From: Candidatus Aenigmatarchaeota archaeon
GTDB taxonomy: Archaea; Aenigmatarchaeota; Aenigmatarchaeia; GW2011-AR5; JAGGXF01
DNA length: 24,608 nucleotides
Reading direction: 5' to 3'
NCBI GenBank assembly: GCA_029932645.1
Contig: JAOZPR010000011.1
Location: forward strand, 1 to 24,608
The notes beneath the pieces were generated by a model. That model was not told the origin of the DNA, did not search any database, and was given only the letters and a program-made list of their open reading frames with translations. Below are positions 1 to 8,371 of this stretch, one piece after another (the stretch's first letter is position 1; the number at the start of each line of letters is the position of its first letter). The position numbers and the translations under genes are program-made.

Positions 1-9
1 CGCAGCCAA

Positions 10-654
10 ATGGTTAACTTGACAATAAGATTAGAAAGCTTAGAAAGCAATGGAACATCTGAGGATATTAACAGGACAATCCAGATTAGTGGTGTACACG
101 AGGAAACGATAAGAAAAAATTTGACAGAAGGTCTGTGGAGGGCGGTAGTAGCTGTGAAAAGCGATGATGGAGAAAAGGCCGGACCAAGAAGCGTCGTGTT
201 TACAATAGAGGAAAAAGAGCACCGGCCGACGCAAAAACTACCCATGGACTATAGAAAGATATCAGGCCCTGGTCTGGTAGGAGAAGAGATACGAAATCCG
301 TTCGAGACAGTCAAGTATACTATAAGGAACGCGTCTTCTGTTTTTGAGTATTGGAACAATATAGAGTATCTGAGAATAGAAAAATCTTCTAACTCTGTGC
401 AAAGGACATTTGTTATTGGTGATGCTAGGCTGGAAACATTTGGAAATGTTAGCGAGCAGCGGAAAGAGCTGATATGTCCAAAGGGTATGCTGTGGACTAG
501 GCTATACAATGGTGTCACAGAAGAGAGATTTCTTGGTTATGGAGCTGAACTAGAACAGATTATGAACGAGGTTTTGGACAAGATGCAGGAAGAGATAGCA
601 AATCTGAGAGAACGCATAGAAACTGGTGACATTGATATTGATTATCAAATATAG
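10..654 (+). CDS. Hypothetical protein (214 aa), no recognisable family; may be 5'-truncated
   Basis: Long ORF with protein-like composition. The frame stays open to the window edge (cgc agc caa atg), so the true start may lie upstream. Confidence 0.7.
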   Translation: MVNLTIRLESLESNGTSEDINRTIQISGVHEETIRKNLTEGLWRAVVAVKSDDGEKAGPRSVVFTIEEKEHRPTQKLPMDYRKISGPGLVGEEIRNPFETVKYTIRNASSVFEYWNNIEYLRIEKSSNSVQRTFVIGDARLETFGNVSEQRKELICPKGMLWTRLYNGVTEERFLGYGAELEQIMNEVLDKMQEEIANLRERIETGDIDIDYQI

Positions 655-671
655 TACCAACTATTTAATTC

Positions 672-690
672 TGTTTGGATTTTCCAAACA
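672..690. terminator. 8-bp perfect inverted repeat TGTTTGGA-ttt-TCCAAACA between convergent genes; possible terminator or binding site
   Basis: Seen directly between the stop of ORF 10-654 and the stop of the minus-strand microprotein at 710. Function is inferred. Confidence 0.3.
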
Positions 691-709
691 ATTGTCTAAT
701 TATTTCTAA

Positions 710-841
710 CTATACAAAGTCTATGAGCGGTTCGCCACATTTATGGCACTCGAACATGTGGTCACCGCCATCATAGATAAGCCGCACCTCTATTCTGTTC
801 AAGGCTCTGCAGTGAGGACAAGAAACAACGACATCTTTCAT
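710..841 (-). CDS. Small zinc-ribbon protein, 43 aa: MKDVVVSCPHCRALNRIEVRLIYDGGDHMFECHKCGEPLIDFV
   Basis: Translated by hand (below the ORF-track cutoff): ATG at 841, TAG at 712-710. Two CxxC motifs (CPHC, CHKCG). A TTTTAAAA TATA-like box lies 23-30 nt upstream of the ATG. Confidence 0.8.
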   Translation of the reverse strand: MKDVVVSCPHCRALNRIEVRLIYDGGDHMFECHKCGEPLIDFV

Positions 842-861
842 ATTTTTTTACTGTTATCAAT

Positions 862-887
862 ACTTTTAAAACTAACTTTTAAAACTA
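862..887. repeat. Perfect 13-bp tandem duplication ACTTTTAAAACTA x2 in a divergent promoter region
   Basis: 862-874 and 875-887 are identical. Each copy contains the palindrome TTTTAAAA. Confidence 0.7.
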
Positions 888-903
888 TCTTGGTCTGGGT
901 TCT

Positions 904-917
904 AAAAACTTTAAGTA
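904..917 (+). promoter_or_regulatory. Putative BRE/TATA promoter (AAAAAC-TTTAAGTA) for a leaderless DUF2797 transcript
   Basis: TATA-like box about 25 nt upstream of ATG 942; no SD motif. Confidence 0.45.
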
Positions 918-941
918 TAATCTGAAGCAAGATATATCTTT

Positions 942-1757
942 ATGACAGAATCTGGTCAAGTGTTCAGGGTTTTTTGGCAGGATTTCAAGCCTGTTATGCA
1001 ACTCAGGGCGAATGGAAATAGTACTGATATAAGGACTATAAAGCTTTTTGACGATGCGCAAATATCATGGAAAGTCGGCGACAAATACTGTACAGGCTAC
1101 TGGAAAAACGGCTATAGGCCATGTCCGAACAATGAAAAAATAGACTATGGTTCTAAGTGCAAGACTTGTATGCAGCTGGATGAATACTTTCGTTGTATTA
1201 GATGTGATGGTTCTAATTGTCTGAATCCAAACGCAAGACGCCAATGTATGGAGGATGTGTTTTTTCTGTACCTGGCTTCTTTCAATTCATTGCTAAAGGT
1301 CGGTATTTCCAGGATGTTTAGATTAAAGACAAGACTGGTGGAGCAGGGCGCAGACTTCGGCGCAAAACTATTAAAAATAAAAGACGGAAAAAAGGCGAGA
1401 AAGACCGAACAGCAAATTTCCCACAAACTTAATGTTGTTGATAGGGTCAACGGTTCGCAGAAGTTTGAACACCTTTTTGGCGATCCGAACACATCTCTGA
1501 AAAAAATAACGTCTTCTATTCAAAAACTGAATGCATTAGGATACGAAATAAATCCAGAGATATATGACCTTAGAAGCTATTACAGGCTTGACCGGGTCAG
1601 TAATGAGCCAGTTTTCATAGATAATGCGAGAGGAAAGACAATCAAAGGCAAGGTCGTCGCGCTGAAGGGTAACATATTGATACTTGAAACAGATAAAGGT
1701 GGGAATATCGCTTTAAACACACATGACCTTATCGGCAGAAAGTTTAAAGAGATATAA
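942..1757 (+). CDS. DUF2797-family Cys-rich protein
   Basis: CTG..CP, CKTC and CIRC clusters, then YLA..LKVGIS..RLVEQGA and a C-terminal G-x-V-x-x-x-KG-x-x-L pattern typical of DUF2797. Confidence 0.75.
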   Translation: MTESGQVFRVFWQDFKPVMQLRANGNSTDIRTIKLFDDAQISWKVGDKYCTGYWKNGYRPCPNNEKIDYGSKCKTCMQLDEYFRCIRCDGSNCLNPNARRQCMEDVFFLYLASFNSLLKVGISRMFRLKTRLVEQGADFGAKLLKIKDGKKARKTEQQISHKLNVVDRVNGSQKFEHLFGDPNTSLKKITSSIQKLNALGYEINPEIYDLRSYYRLDRVSNEPVFIDNARGKTIKGKVVALKGNILILETDKGGNIALNTHDLIGRKFKEI

Positions 1758-1842
1758 TTACAAGCTCATTTTAAAATTAATTTTTTATTTTCTTTTCACT
1801 TTAAGCTTTTAAAAATTTATAGTGAATTAACAATAGGTTAAA

Positions 1843-2481
1843 ATGCAAGTATACAAAGGGATTTATTTATTGGATGGGGTGGGATTTGATTCTAATATCT
1901 ATGTAATAGACGGCGAAGTTATAGTTGATACTGGAACCGGCGCATTCTTTAAAGAGACCAAAGAAGAGATGCTCAGGCTTGGTCTAAAGCCAAAGAGGTT
2001 TAAGCTGATTATTAATACGCACTGCCATTTTGACCACACCGGCGGGGATAAGAAGTTTAGGGACTGGCTTAAAGCAAAAATAGCTATTCATAAGAAAGAC
2101 AGAAAGAGTTTGGAGACAGGAAAAAACACACTGGCTGAATTGTTTGATGAGAAAGCCAGATCAATAACAGCTGATATAGAGTTGGATAAGAAGGACGTTA
2201 TAAAGACTAAGAACTTTTCTTTTGAGATTATTGCTACGCCCGGCCACACACCAGGTTCTATTTGTTTATATGAAAAGAAAAAAAGAATTTTAATATCAGG
2301 GGACACCATTTTTACCGATGGTATAGGCAGAACAGACTATCCCGGAGGAAGTAAAAGAGAGTTGATAAACTCCATAGAAAAGCTGGCCAAGCTACGCGTT
2401 GACTGCCTTTTGCCAGGGCACGGTATGCCAAAGACAGTTGGTGCAGGCTTCCTGATAAAACAGATTCTGGCCACGGCTTAA
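1843..2481 (+). CDS. Metallo-beta-lactamase fold hydrolase (glyoxalase II-like)
   Basis: Motifs VDTG, THCHFDHTGG, TPGHTPGS, SGD, GRTDYPGG, PGHG. Confidence 0.9.
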   Translation: MQVYKGIYLLDGVGFDSNIYVIDGEVIVDTGTGAFFKETKEEMLRLGLKPKRFKLIINTHCHFDHTGGDKKFRDWLKAKIAIHKKDRKSLETGKNTLAELFDEKARSITADIELDKKDVIKTKNFSFEIIATPGHTPGSICLYEKKKRILISGDTIFTDGIGRTDYPGGSKRELINSIEKLAKLRVDCLLPGHGMPKTVGAGFLIKQILATA

Positions 2482-2567
2482 AGCTTATTAAAAAGTTTTT
2501 TAAACTTTATTTTGATTAAATTTTATTTGTGGGTTTTTATTTGTTTTATTCACGCGGGGGTGAAAAA

Positions 2568-3026
2568 ATGGTCAAGAAAAAGAAAAAAGATTTTACATTC
2601 TTTTGGGAGGAGCCATGGGAAAATATGAGAGACCTTCAAAAGGAGATGCAAAAGAAGATGAAAAGTGCTTTTGACTTTTCTGAGCCGTTCACATTCCAGT
2701 TCAATGTTCCGAAATTTTTCAGGGGAATCCGGCTTGGAAAAACAGACGATGAAATAATAGTGATTGCAGAGCTGCCTGGCTTCAGTAAGGAAGATGTGCA
2801 GATAGAGGTCGGCGAGGACAGCATTCACATATCTGCTGAGAAAAAGACGAAGAAAAAAGAAGAGAGCTTTTTTGAAGCGAGTTCTTCAAAGATAGACAAA
2901 AAATTTTCTTTGCCTGAAAAGGTCATACCAGACAGAGCAAAGGCAAAAATGATAAACGGTGTGCTGGAGATAAGGCTTGCCAGAGCCAAACCAAAGAAAA
3001 AATCCAGAAGATTGAAAATAGAATAG
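2568..3026 (+). CDS. Small heat shock protein Hsp20 (alpha-crystallin domain)
   Basis: Motifs AELPGFSKEDVQIEV and AKMINGVLEIRL, plus a C-terminal L-K-I-E motif. Start moved to ATG 2568, which follows the SD GGGGGTGA. Confidence 0.92.
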   Translation: MVKKKKKDFTFFWEEPWENMRDLQKEMQKKMKSAFDFSEPFTFQFNVPKFFRGIRLGKTDDEIIVIAELPGFSKEDVQIEVGEDSIHISAEKKTKKKEESFFEASSSKIDKKFSLPEKVIPDRAKAKMINGVLEIRLARAKPKKKSRRLKIE

Positions 3027-3045
3027 TTAAAATAGAAGAGTTTTT

Positions 3046-4080
3046 TTAATTCTTTTTACACTTTATTATTTTTTCTTTTTTGTTTATCTCAAATTTCACT
3101 GGTAAAAACTTTTCGGTAACCCAGATATTTGTTTCCATATGCTTCGTTATTTTAGAAACCCTGATTTGGCTTTCTTTCTTATTTATTGATGCAAGTCCAA
3201 TGTAAGGTATAATCTGGTCAGCCATATGAGAGTCTATGGGCGCTCCTGACTTATACTCTTTCAATAGTTTTTTCCCGGCTTCTTTTCCTACGTCTTCTGA
3301 TCTTTTCTTTATTTCACCCAAGGCATTGGCTCCTATTACAGAGTTTTTTGTCTCTATCCAAAGGTCTATACCAGAGCCTATAGAGTCAGTATTCACATAG
3401 TCAGTTTTTATATTTACAGCACCAAGCTGCTTTATGATATTTGTTGCAGACTGTGCCTGTCTTTCTGCGACGCGAGCGTCTCTCAGTTGCAGAGAAGCAT
3501 GAGAAATACCATTTAAAGATTTGATTTCCCCTTGCTTGATAAGACAAACTGGTCTAAACTTTTCTACGGGCAAAACTTTCATCTCGACGCTTGCGCCACC
3601 TTTTGGATAATAACCGTACTTGATTATATTAAGCTCAGCTTCATAGCCAAACTTCTTTAATATCGGCAGAAGCACGTACTTGATGTAATTTATTGGGACA
3701 GCCCATTTTCCTGTCGTGGCTCCGCCATTAATTTTAATATCGACTTCACTTTTCGCATGGGCAGCTGGCATCATTAGTGCCTGTAAAACAAGGCCAACTG
3801 AGCCTGCTGTTGGTATATTAATTGACAAACTACCAGGCTTGATGGTTCTTGGTGTGAATTCTAGTTTTAAAGATTTGAGAGCAGCTCCCTTAACATCAGC
3901 ATCGCATAAACTCGCAGCAGCCTTTACTGCCTCTAGATGTTGTACTTTCAAGCCAGCAACAGCCCGACCTTTTCTGATATTTATTATTTTACATGCCTTG
4001 CCTGTTATGGCTGATAAGGACAGGGCAGTTCTTATTATCTGCCCGCCACCCTCAAGATAAGAACCATCTATCTGTATCAT
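3046..4080 (-). CDS. rtcA: RNA 3'-terminal phosphate cyclase
   Basis: IDGSYLEGGGQIIR, GYYPKGG, and the catalytic His in DSHMADQ. Confidence 0.95.
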   Translation of the reverse strand: MIQIDGSYLEGGGQIIRTALSLSAITGKACKIINIRKGRAVAGLKVQHLEAVKAAASLCDADVKGAALKSLKLEFTPRTIKPGSLSINIPTAGSVGLVLQALMMPAAHAKSEVDIKINGGATTGKWAVPINYIKYVLLPILKKFGYEAELNIIKYGYYPKGGASVEMKVLPVEKFRPVCLIKQGEIKSLNGISHASLQLRDARVAERQAQSATNIIKQLGAVNIKTDYVNTDSIGSGIDLWIETKNSVIGANALGEIKKRSEDVGKEAGKKLLKEYKSGAPIDSHMADQIIPYIGLASINKKESQIRVSKITKHMETNIWVTEKFLPVKFEINKKEKIIKCKKN

Positions 4081-4117
4081 GTTAACCAGCCAGCATCTTG
4101 ACTAACCAAAATCACCA

Positions 4118-5386
4118 TCAAAGAACAATCTCTTCTCCGCATTTTGGAGCAAACGCATTGATATTCAGCAGTTCTGTAATGTCTTTGGCGAATTTTTTAC
4201 ACTTATCACCATGGACACATATAACTTTTTCTGGGGACAGTTTCTTGATGATGTCTAGCAATTCTTCCCGGTCAGCATGTGCAGAAAAGTTGAACCTATG
4301 CATCTCACATTGAACTTTAAAGTTATTTTTTTTACCACCCATTTCTTCATTAGAATATATACCACTCTTCAAGAGATTATATCCTGGTGTGTCCTCAACC
4401 AGAAAACCGCTGAACAAGATTTTAGTTTTTGGGTTGTCGTGAAGTTTCTGCAGATAGTATATAATTGGACCGCCACCTAGCATACCTGCGGTTGTCAGAA
4501 TAATACCACCTTTTTTTATTATACTATCTCGTTGTCTCGTGTTTCTTATCCAAGTTATTTTACTCATAATTTTTTTCAGTTCTTTGGCATTTTTTATATA
4601 TTTTTTATAGTAGTGAATGATTTCTGTTGCTTGTTTAGCCATTCCGTCCATTGCTATGAAATCAGCAAACTCCTCTAGCATAAGCAAAAGCTCTTGTGCT
4701 CGGCCAACAGCAAAGGTTGGTATCAAAGCAATATCGTTGTTGGCTAGAGCCTCTTTTACATGATGCTTTATTTTTTCTTCTTCTTTTTCTCGTTCTGGCT
4801 GAATTGTATCACCATACGTACTTTCTGTGATTAATATGTCTACTTTGCTCGGCAAAGAGCAACCATTCAAAAGCCTCGAAGCCTTTAGTTTTATATCTCC
4901 AGTATAAAAAATTCTTTTTTCTTTTGTTAGCAGTATTGATGAACTACCTGGTATATGACCGGCGTCAAAGAGCTCGGCACGCATACCTCTAAGTTTACGC
5001 GGTGATCGATATCCAACTGGTTCTGCATTTCTCATCATGTCTTTGAGTTCTCTTTTGGAGAACGGCAGTCTTTCTTTTCTTTTTTTGGCTATTTTCAGTG
5101 AGTCGTTCAGAAGCAGGTAGCTTAGCTCAAGCGTCAAGTCTGTTGCCAGCACTTTTGGATTGCTTCTTTTGAAAAGCACTGGAACTGCTCCGGAATGGTC
5201 CAGATGCGCGTGAGATGGAATAACAAAGTCTATCTTCTCTTTTGGTGCAATAGGATACTCCACTGGTTCTTCCTGAAGCTTCACACCATAGTCCATAATG
5301 ATGTTTGTTTTGTTATCGCTTATCATAATGCCGGACTTGCCTACTTCCCCAGCACCACCCAAAAACCTTGCTTTTATTTTAATCAC
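4118..5386 (-). CDS. MBL/beta-CASP ribonuclease (aCPSF2-like, no KH domains)
   Basis: FLGGAGEVG, SHAHLDH, GHIPGS, YTGD, ESTYG, FSAHAD, VHG. The start is uncertain (GTG 5386 or ATA 5377). Confidence 0.9.
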   Translation of the reverse strand: MIKIKARFLGGAGEVGKSGIMISDNKTNIIMDYGVKLQEEPVEYPIAPKEKIDFVIPSHAHLDHSGAVPVLFKRSNPKVLATDLTLELSYLLLNDSLKIAKKRKERLPFSKRELKDMMRNAEPVGYRSPRKLRGMRAELFDAGHIPGSSSILLTKEKRIFYTGDIKLKASRLLNGCSLPSKVDILITESTYGDTIQPEREKEEEKIKHHVKEALANNDIALIPTFAVGRAQELLLMLEEFADFIAMDGMAKQATEIIHYYKKYIKNAKELKKIMSKITWIRNTRQRDSIIKKGGIILTTAGMLGGGPIIYYLQKLHDNPKTKILFSGFLVEDTPGYNLLKSGIYSNEEMGGKKNNFKVQCEMHRFNFSAHADREELLDIIKKLSPEKVICVHGDKCKKFAKDITELLNINAFAPKCGEEIVL

Positions 5387-5554
5387 CCGTTCATATTATT
5401 ATCCATATTATTATTCATAACAGATTTTATTATTCATGACACATTTTCAATAATCTTTCTTTGTTTAGACGTATATATAAGTAATAGCCATTGATTTAAA
5501 ATTTTAATAGGCTAACTATTCATAAAGAATTATAGCAGTAATTATAGTGGTAAT

Positions 5555-6643
5555 ATGAATATGGATGAAAAACTCGGTTTAATAAAACGAATGGCAGAAG
5601 AGATAGTGACAGAGCAAGAGCTGTACGAGCTATTGAAGGAAAAGAAGCACCCGATAGCATATGATGGTTTTGAGCCGTCTGGTATGGCGCATGTACCATT
5701 CGGAATTTATAGAGCCATGAATCTCAAGGACATGCTCAAGGCAGGTCTTCATTTCAAGTTATTGCTGGCTGATTGGCATGCATGGATAAATAACAAGATG
5801 GGAGGAGATCTGGATAAAATAAAAACCGTTGGTAAATATTTTATAGAGGTCTGGAAGGCCGGGGGCGTGGATATTAGCAAGATAGATGTTGTCTGGGCCA
5901 GTGATCTTGTTGCTTCCAGCGATTACTGGAAAAAGGTTGTTCTTGTTGCAAAGAACACTACGCTAAAGCGCGCAACACGCTGTCTTTCGATTATGGGCAG
6001 GAAAGCGGGCGAATTGAAGGACGTTGCCCAATATTTCTATCCGATGATGCAGTGCGCAGATATATTCCATCTGGAGGCAGACATATGCCAGCTCGGTCTG
6101 GACCAGAGAAGGGTTAACATGCTCGCAAGAGAGCTTGGACCCAAACTTGGCTGGTGGAAACCCGTTATTATTAGTCATCATATGCTTATGGGTCTGCAGG
6201 GGGTCAAGGAACCAGAGGGATTTGATGATAACACAGCCTTCGACAGAGAGATTAGCTCAAAGATGAGCAAGAGCAAAGCAAGCACATGTATATTTGTTCA
6301 TGATACAGAAGAGCAGATAAGAGAAAAAATAAGAAGGGCATACTGCCCTGAAAAGCAGGTTCAGAATAATCCAATGTTAGACTATACAAAGCACATGATA
6401 TTCAGATCATTTAAGACAATGAAAATAGAAAGGCAGAAGAAGTTTGGCGGAGATATAGAGTTCTCTGGTTATGAGGATTTAGAAAGAGCATATATACAGG
6501 GGAATATACATCCGTTAGATCTGAAAAACGCTATTACCAGATATCTTGATACTATGATAAAGCCTGTAAGAGAACATTTTGAAAAAAACGAGAAAGCCAG
6601 AGAACTATATGAGTTCGTGAAGAAACAGAAGGTTACACGCTGA
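5555..6643 (+). CDS. tyrS: Tyrosyl-tRNA synthetase, archaeal/eukaryotic type
   Basis: YDGFEPSG, YPMMQCADIF, GLDQR, KMSKS, IHPLDLK. Confidence 0.96.
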   Translation: MNMDEKLGLIKRMAEEIVTEQELYELLKEKKHPIAYDGFEPSGMAHVPFGIYRAMNLKDMLKAGLHFKLLLADWHAWINNKMGGDLDKIKTVGKYFIEVWKAGGVDISKIDVVWASDLVASSDYWKKVVLVAKNTTLKRATRCLSIMGRKAGELKDVAQYFYPMMQCADIFHLEADICQLGLDQRRVNMLARELGPKLGWWKPVIISHHMLMGLQGVKEPEGFDDNTAFDREISSKMSKSKASTCIFVHDTEEQIREKIRRAYCPEKQVQNNPMLDYTKHMIFRSFKTMKIERQKKFGGDIEFSGYEDLERAYIQGNIHPLDLKNAITRYLDTMIKPVREHFEKNEKARELYEFVKKQKVTR

Positions 6644-6654
6644 CCGCACTCAAC

Positions 6655-6963
6655 CTATTTTTTGAATTTGAACATGTATTTCTTTGATATATGACGAGTG
6701 CCTCGTCTTGATTCTATTTTTATTCCATCTTTCTTTAGTAGTGCTATTTTTCTTTTTAGTCCGCGTGAATATCCACCAAGGCGTCCGTCGCTCCTAATAA
6801 CCTTATAACACGGTATGCTCTTTGGGTCCTTGTTGGTTTTCATAAACATGCCGACTGCACGCGGTGATGTTTTTGCTATGCGTGCAAGCTCTCCATAGCT
6901 AACTACCATGCCTCTAGGAACTTTCTTTAGCGTGCTGAAGACCCGTTTCCTTGCGATGTTCAT
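6655..6963 (-). CDS. MGMT/AGT-family alkyltransferase-like protein (C-terminal DNA-binding domain only; PCYK variant)
   Basis: VPRGMVVSYGELA, PRAVG, IPCYKVIRSDG, LGGY. Confidence 0.85.
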   Translation of the reverse strand: MNIARKRVFSTLKKVPRGMVVSYGELARIAKTSPRAVGMFMKTNKDPKSIPCYKVIRSDGRLGGYSRGLKRKIALLKKDGIKIESRRGTRHISKKYMFKFKK

Positions 6964-7059
6964 AATTTAAACAATAAAAAGGCATTTTTAAATTTTTAAT
7001 AATAATTTAAAACAAGAAAGAATTAAGAAAGAATTATAAAGTATGACCTAGGTGTTAAC

Positions 7060-8343
7060 ATGCTCGACATAAAAATGATTAGGGAAAACCCAGCTATTGT
7101 TAAGAATGACTTGAAGAAGAGAAAGGATATGGAAAAAATAAAATGGGTAGACGAATTGCTAGAGTATGATAAAAAGAGAAGAGAGTTGATTAAGAAAGCA
7201 GACGAGCTGAAGCACAGGAGAAACACGATCACTAGGGAAATATCAGAGCTCAAGCAGAAAGGCAAAGATATTGAAAAAAAGAAGAAGGAAATGAAAAAGA
7301 TACCAGAACAGATTAAGAAAACGGACGACGAAATCAGAAAAACAGATGAGAAAATTCGTTTTATACTAATGCGTCTGCCAAACATTCTTCACGAGTCTGT
7401 TCCTGTCGGAAAGGACGAGCACGATAATGTTGTTGTGAAGGTTTGCGGAAAAAAACCTAAGTTTGACTTCAAGCCAAAAAATCATATGGATATTTTACTG
7501 AATCTTGGATTAATAGACTCGGAGAGCGCTGCTAAAGTAGCCGGGCGCGGCTTTTTTTATTTCAAGAGGGAGCTGGTTGTACTTGATTATGCGCTTCTTA
7601 GATATGCAGCAGACTTCATGCAAAAAAGAGGTTACATGCTTATAGAACCGCCATTTATGCTACGACGCACACCATACGAAGGTGTTACAGACCTTGGAGA
7701 TTTTGAAGATGTTATGTATAAAACAGACGGCGACGACTTGTACCTGATAGCTACTAGCGAACATCCGATGGCAGCGATGTTCATGAACGAGATTCTTGAT
7801 AAAGATGAGCTTCCGATAAAACTCACGGGTGTGAGTCCTTGCTTCAGGCGTGAGGTTGGTACCCACGGAAAGTACACCAAAGGGCTCTATAGGATGCACC
7901 AGTTCAACAAGGTCGAACAGTTTATCTTTTCTCTTCCAGAGCAGTCCTGGCAGCTGCATGAGGAGTTGCAAAAAAACTCAGAGGACATATATAATGGTCT
8001 TGGATTGCACTACAGGGTTGTTAATGTTTGTACAGGAGATATTGGTACAATAGCAGCAAAAAAATATGATATAGAGATGTGGATGGCTGATGATGTTTTC
8101 AGGGAGCTTGGCTCTAATTCCAATTGCACGGACTACCAGGCAAGAAGACTTAATATAAGATACCGAAACAAACCAGGACAAGCAGCTGCGGGGTTTGTTC
8201 ACACATTAAACAACACAGCCTTGGCAACGAGCAGGACAATTATAGCAATCATAGAACAGTTCCAGCAGGCCGATGGCACGGTAAAAATACCAAAGGTCTT
8301 ATGGCCGTACACAGGATTCAAGGTTTTGGGTATAAAATCTTGA
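7060..8343 (+). CDS. serS: Seryl-tRNA synthetase
   Basis: MLDIKMIREN, N-terminal coiled coil, LIATSE, FRRE, HQFNKVEQF, SNCTDYQARR, HTLN; SD AGGTG. Confidence 0.97.
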   Translation: MLDIKMIRENPAIVKNDLKKRKDMEKIKWVDELLEYDKKRRELIKKADELKHRRNTITREISELKQKGKDIEKKKKEMKKIPEQIKKTDDEIRKTDEKIRFILMRLPNILHESVPVGKDEHDNVVVKVCGKKPKFDFKPKNHMDILLNLGLIDSESAAKVAGRGFFYFKRELVVLDYALLRYAADFMQKRGYMLIEPPFMLRRTPYEGVTDLGDFEDVMYKTDGDDLYLIATSEHPMAAMFMNEILDKDELPIKLTGVSPCFRREVGTHGKYTKGLYRMHQFNKVEQFIFSLPEQSWQLHEELQKNSEDIYNGLGLHYRVVNVCTGDIGTIAAKKYDIEMWMADDVFRELGSNSNCTDYQARRLNIRYRNKPGQAAAGFVHTLNNTALATSRTIIAIIEQFQQADGTVKIPKVLWPYTGFKVLGIKS

Positions 8344-8353
8344 GAAAAAATAA

Positions 8354-8371
8354 GACAAAACTTTTTAAATA
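8354..8371 (+). promoter_or_regulatory. Putative BRE/TATA promoter of topA (GACAAAAC-TTTTTAAATA)
   Basis: A purine-rich BRE-like run precedes a TTTAAATA box upstream of the SD GAGGTG and GTG 8427. Confidence 0.45.

Noticed and set aside
743..925. 60-aa plus-strand ORF in the track
   Set aside because: It is the antisense shadow of the zinc-ribbon microprotein and runs through promoter sequence.
5195..5494. 99-aa plus-strand ORF, and the many other short antisense or overlapping ORFs in the track
   Set aside because: They lie opposite or inside well-supported genes, have F/S/L/I-rich shadow composition and show no motifs.
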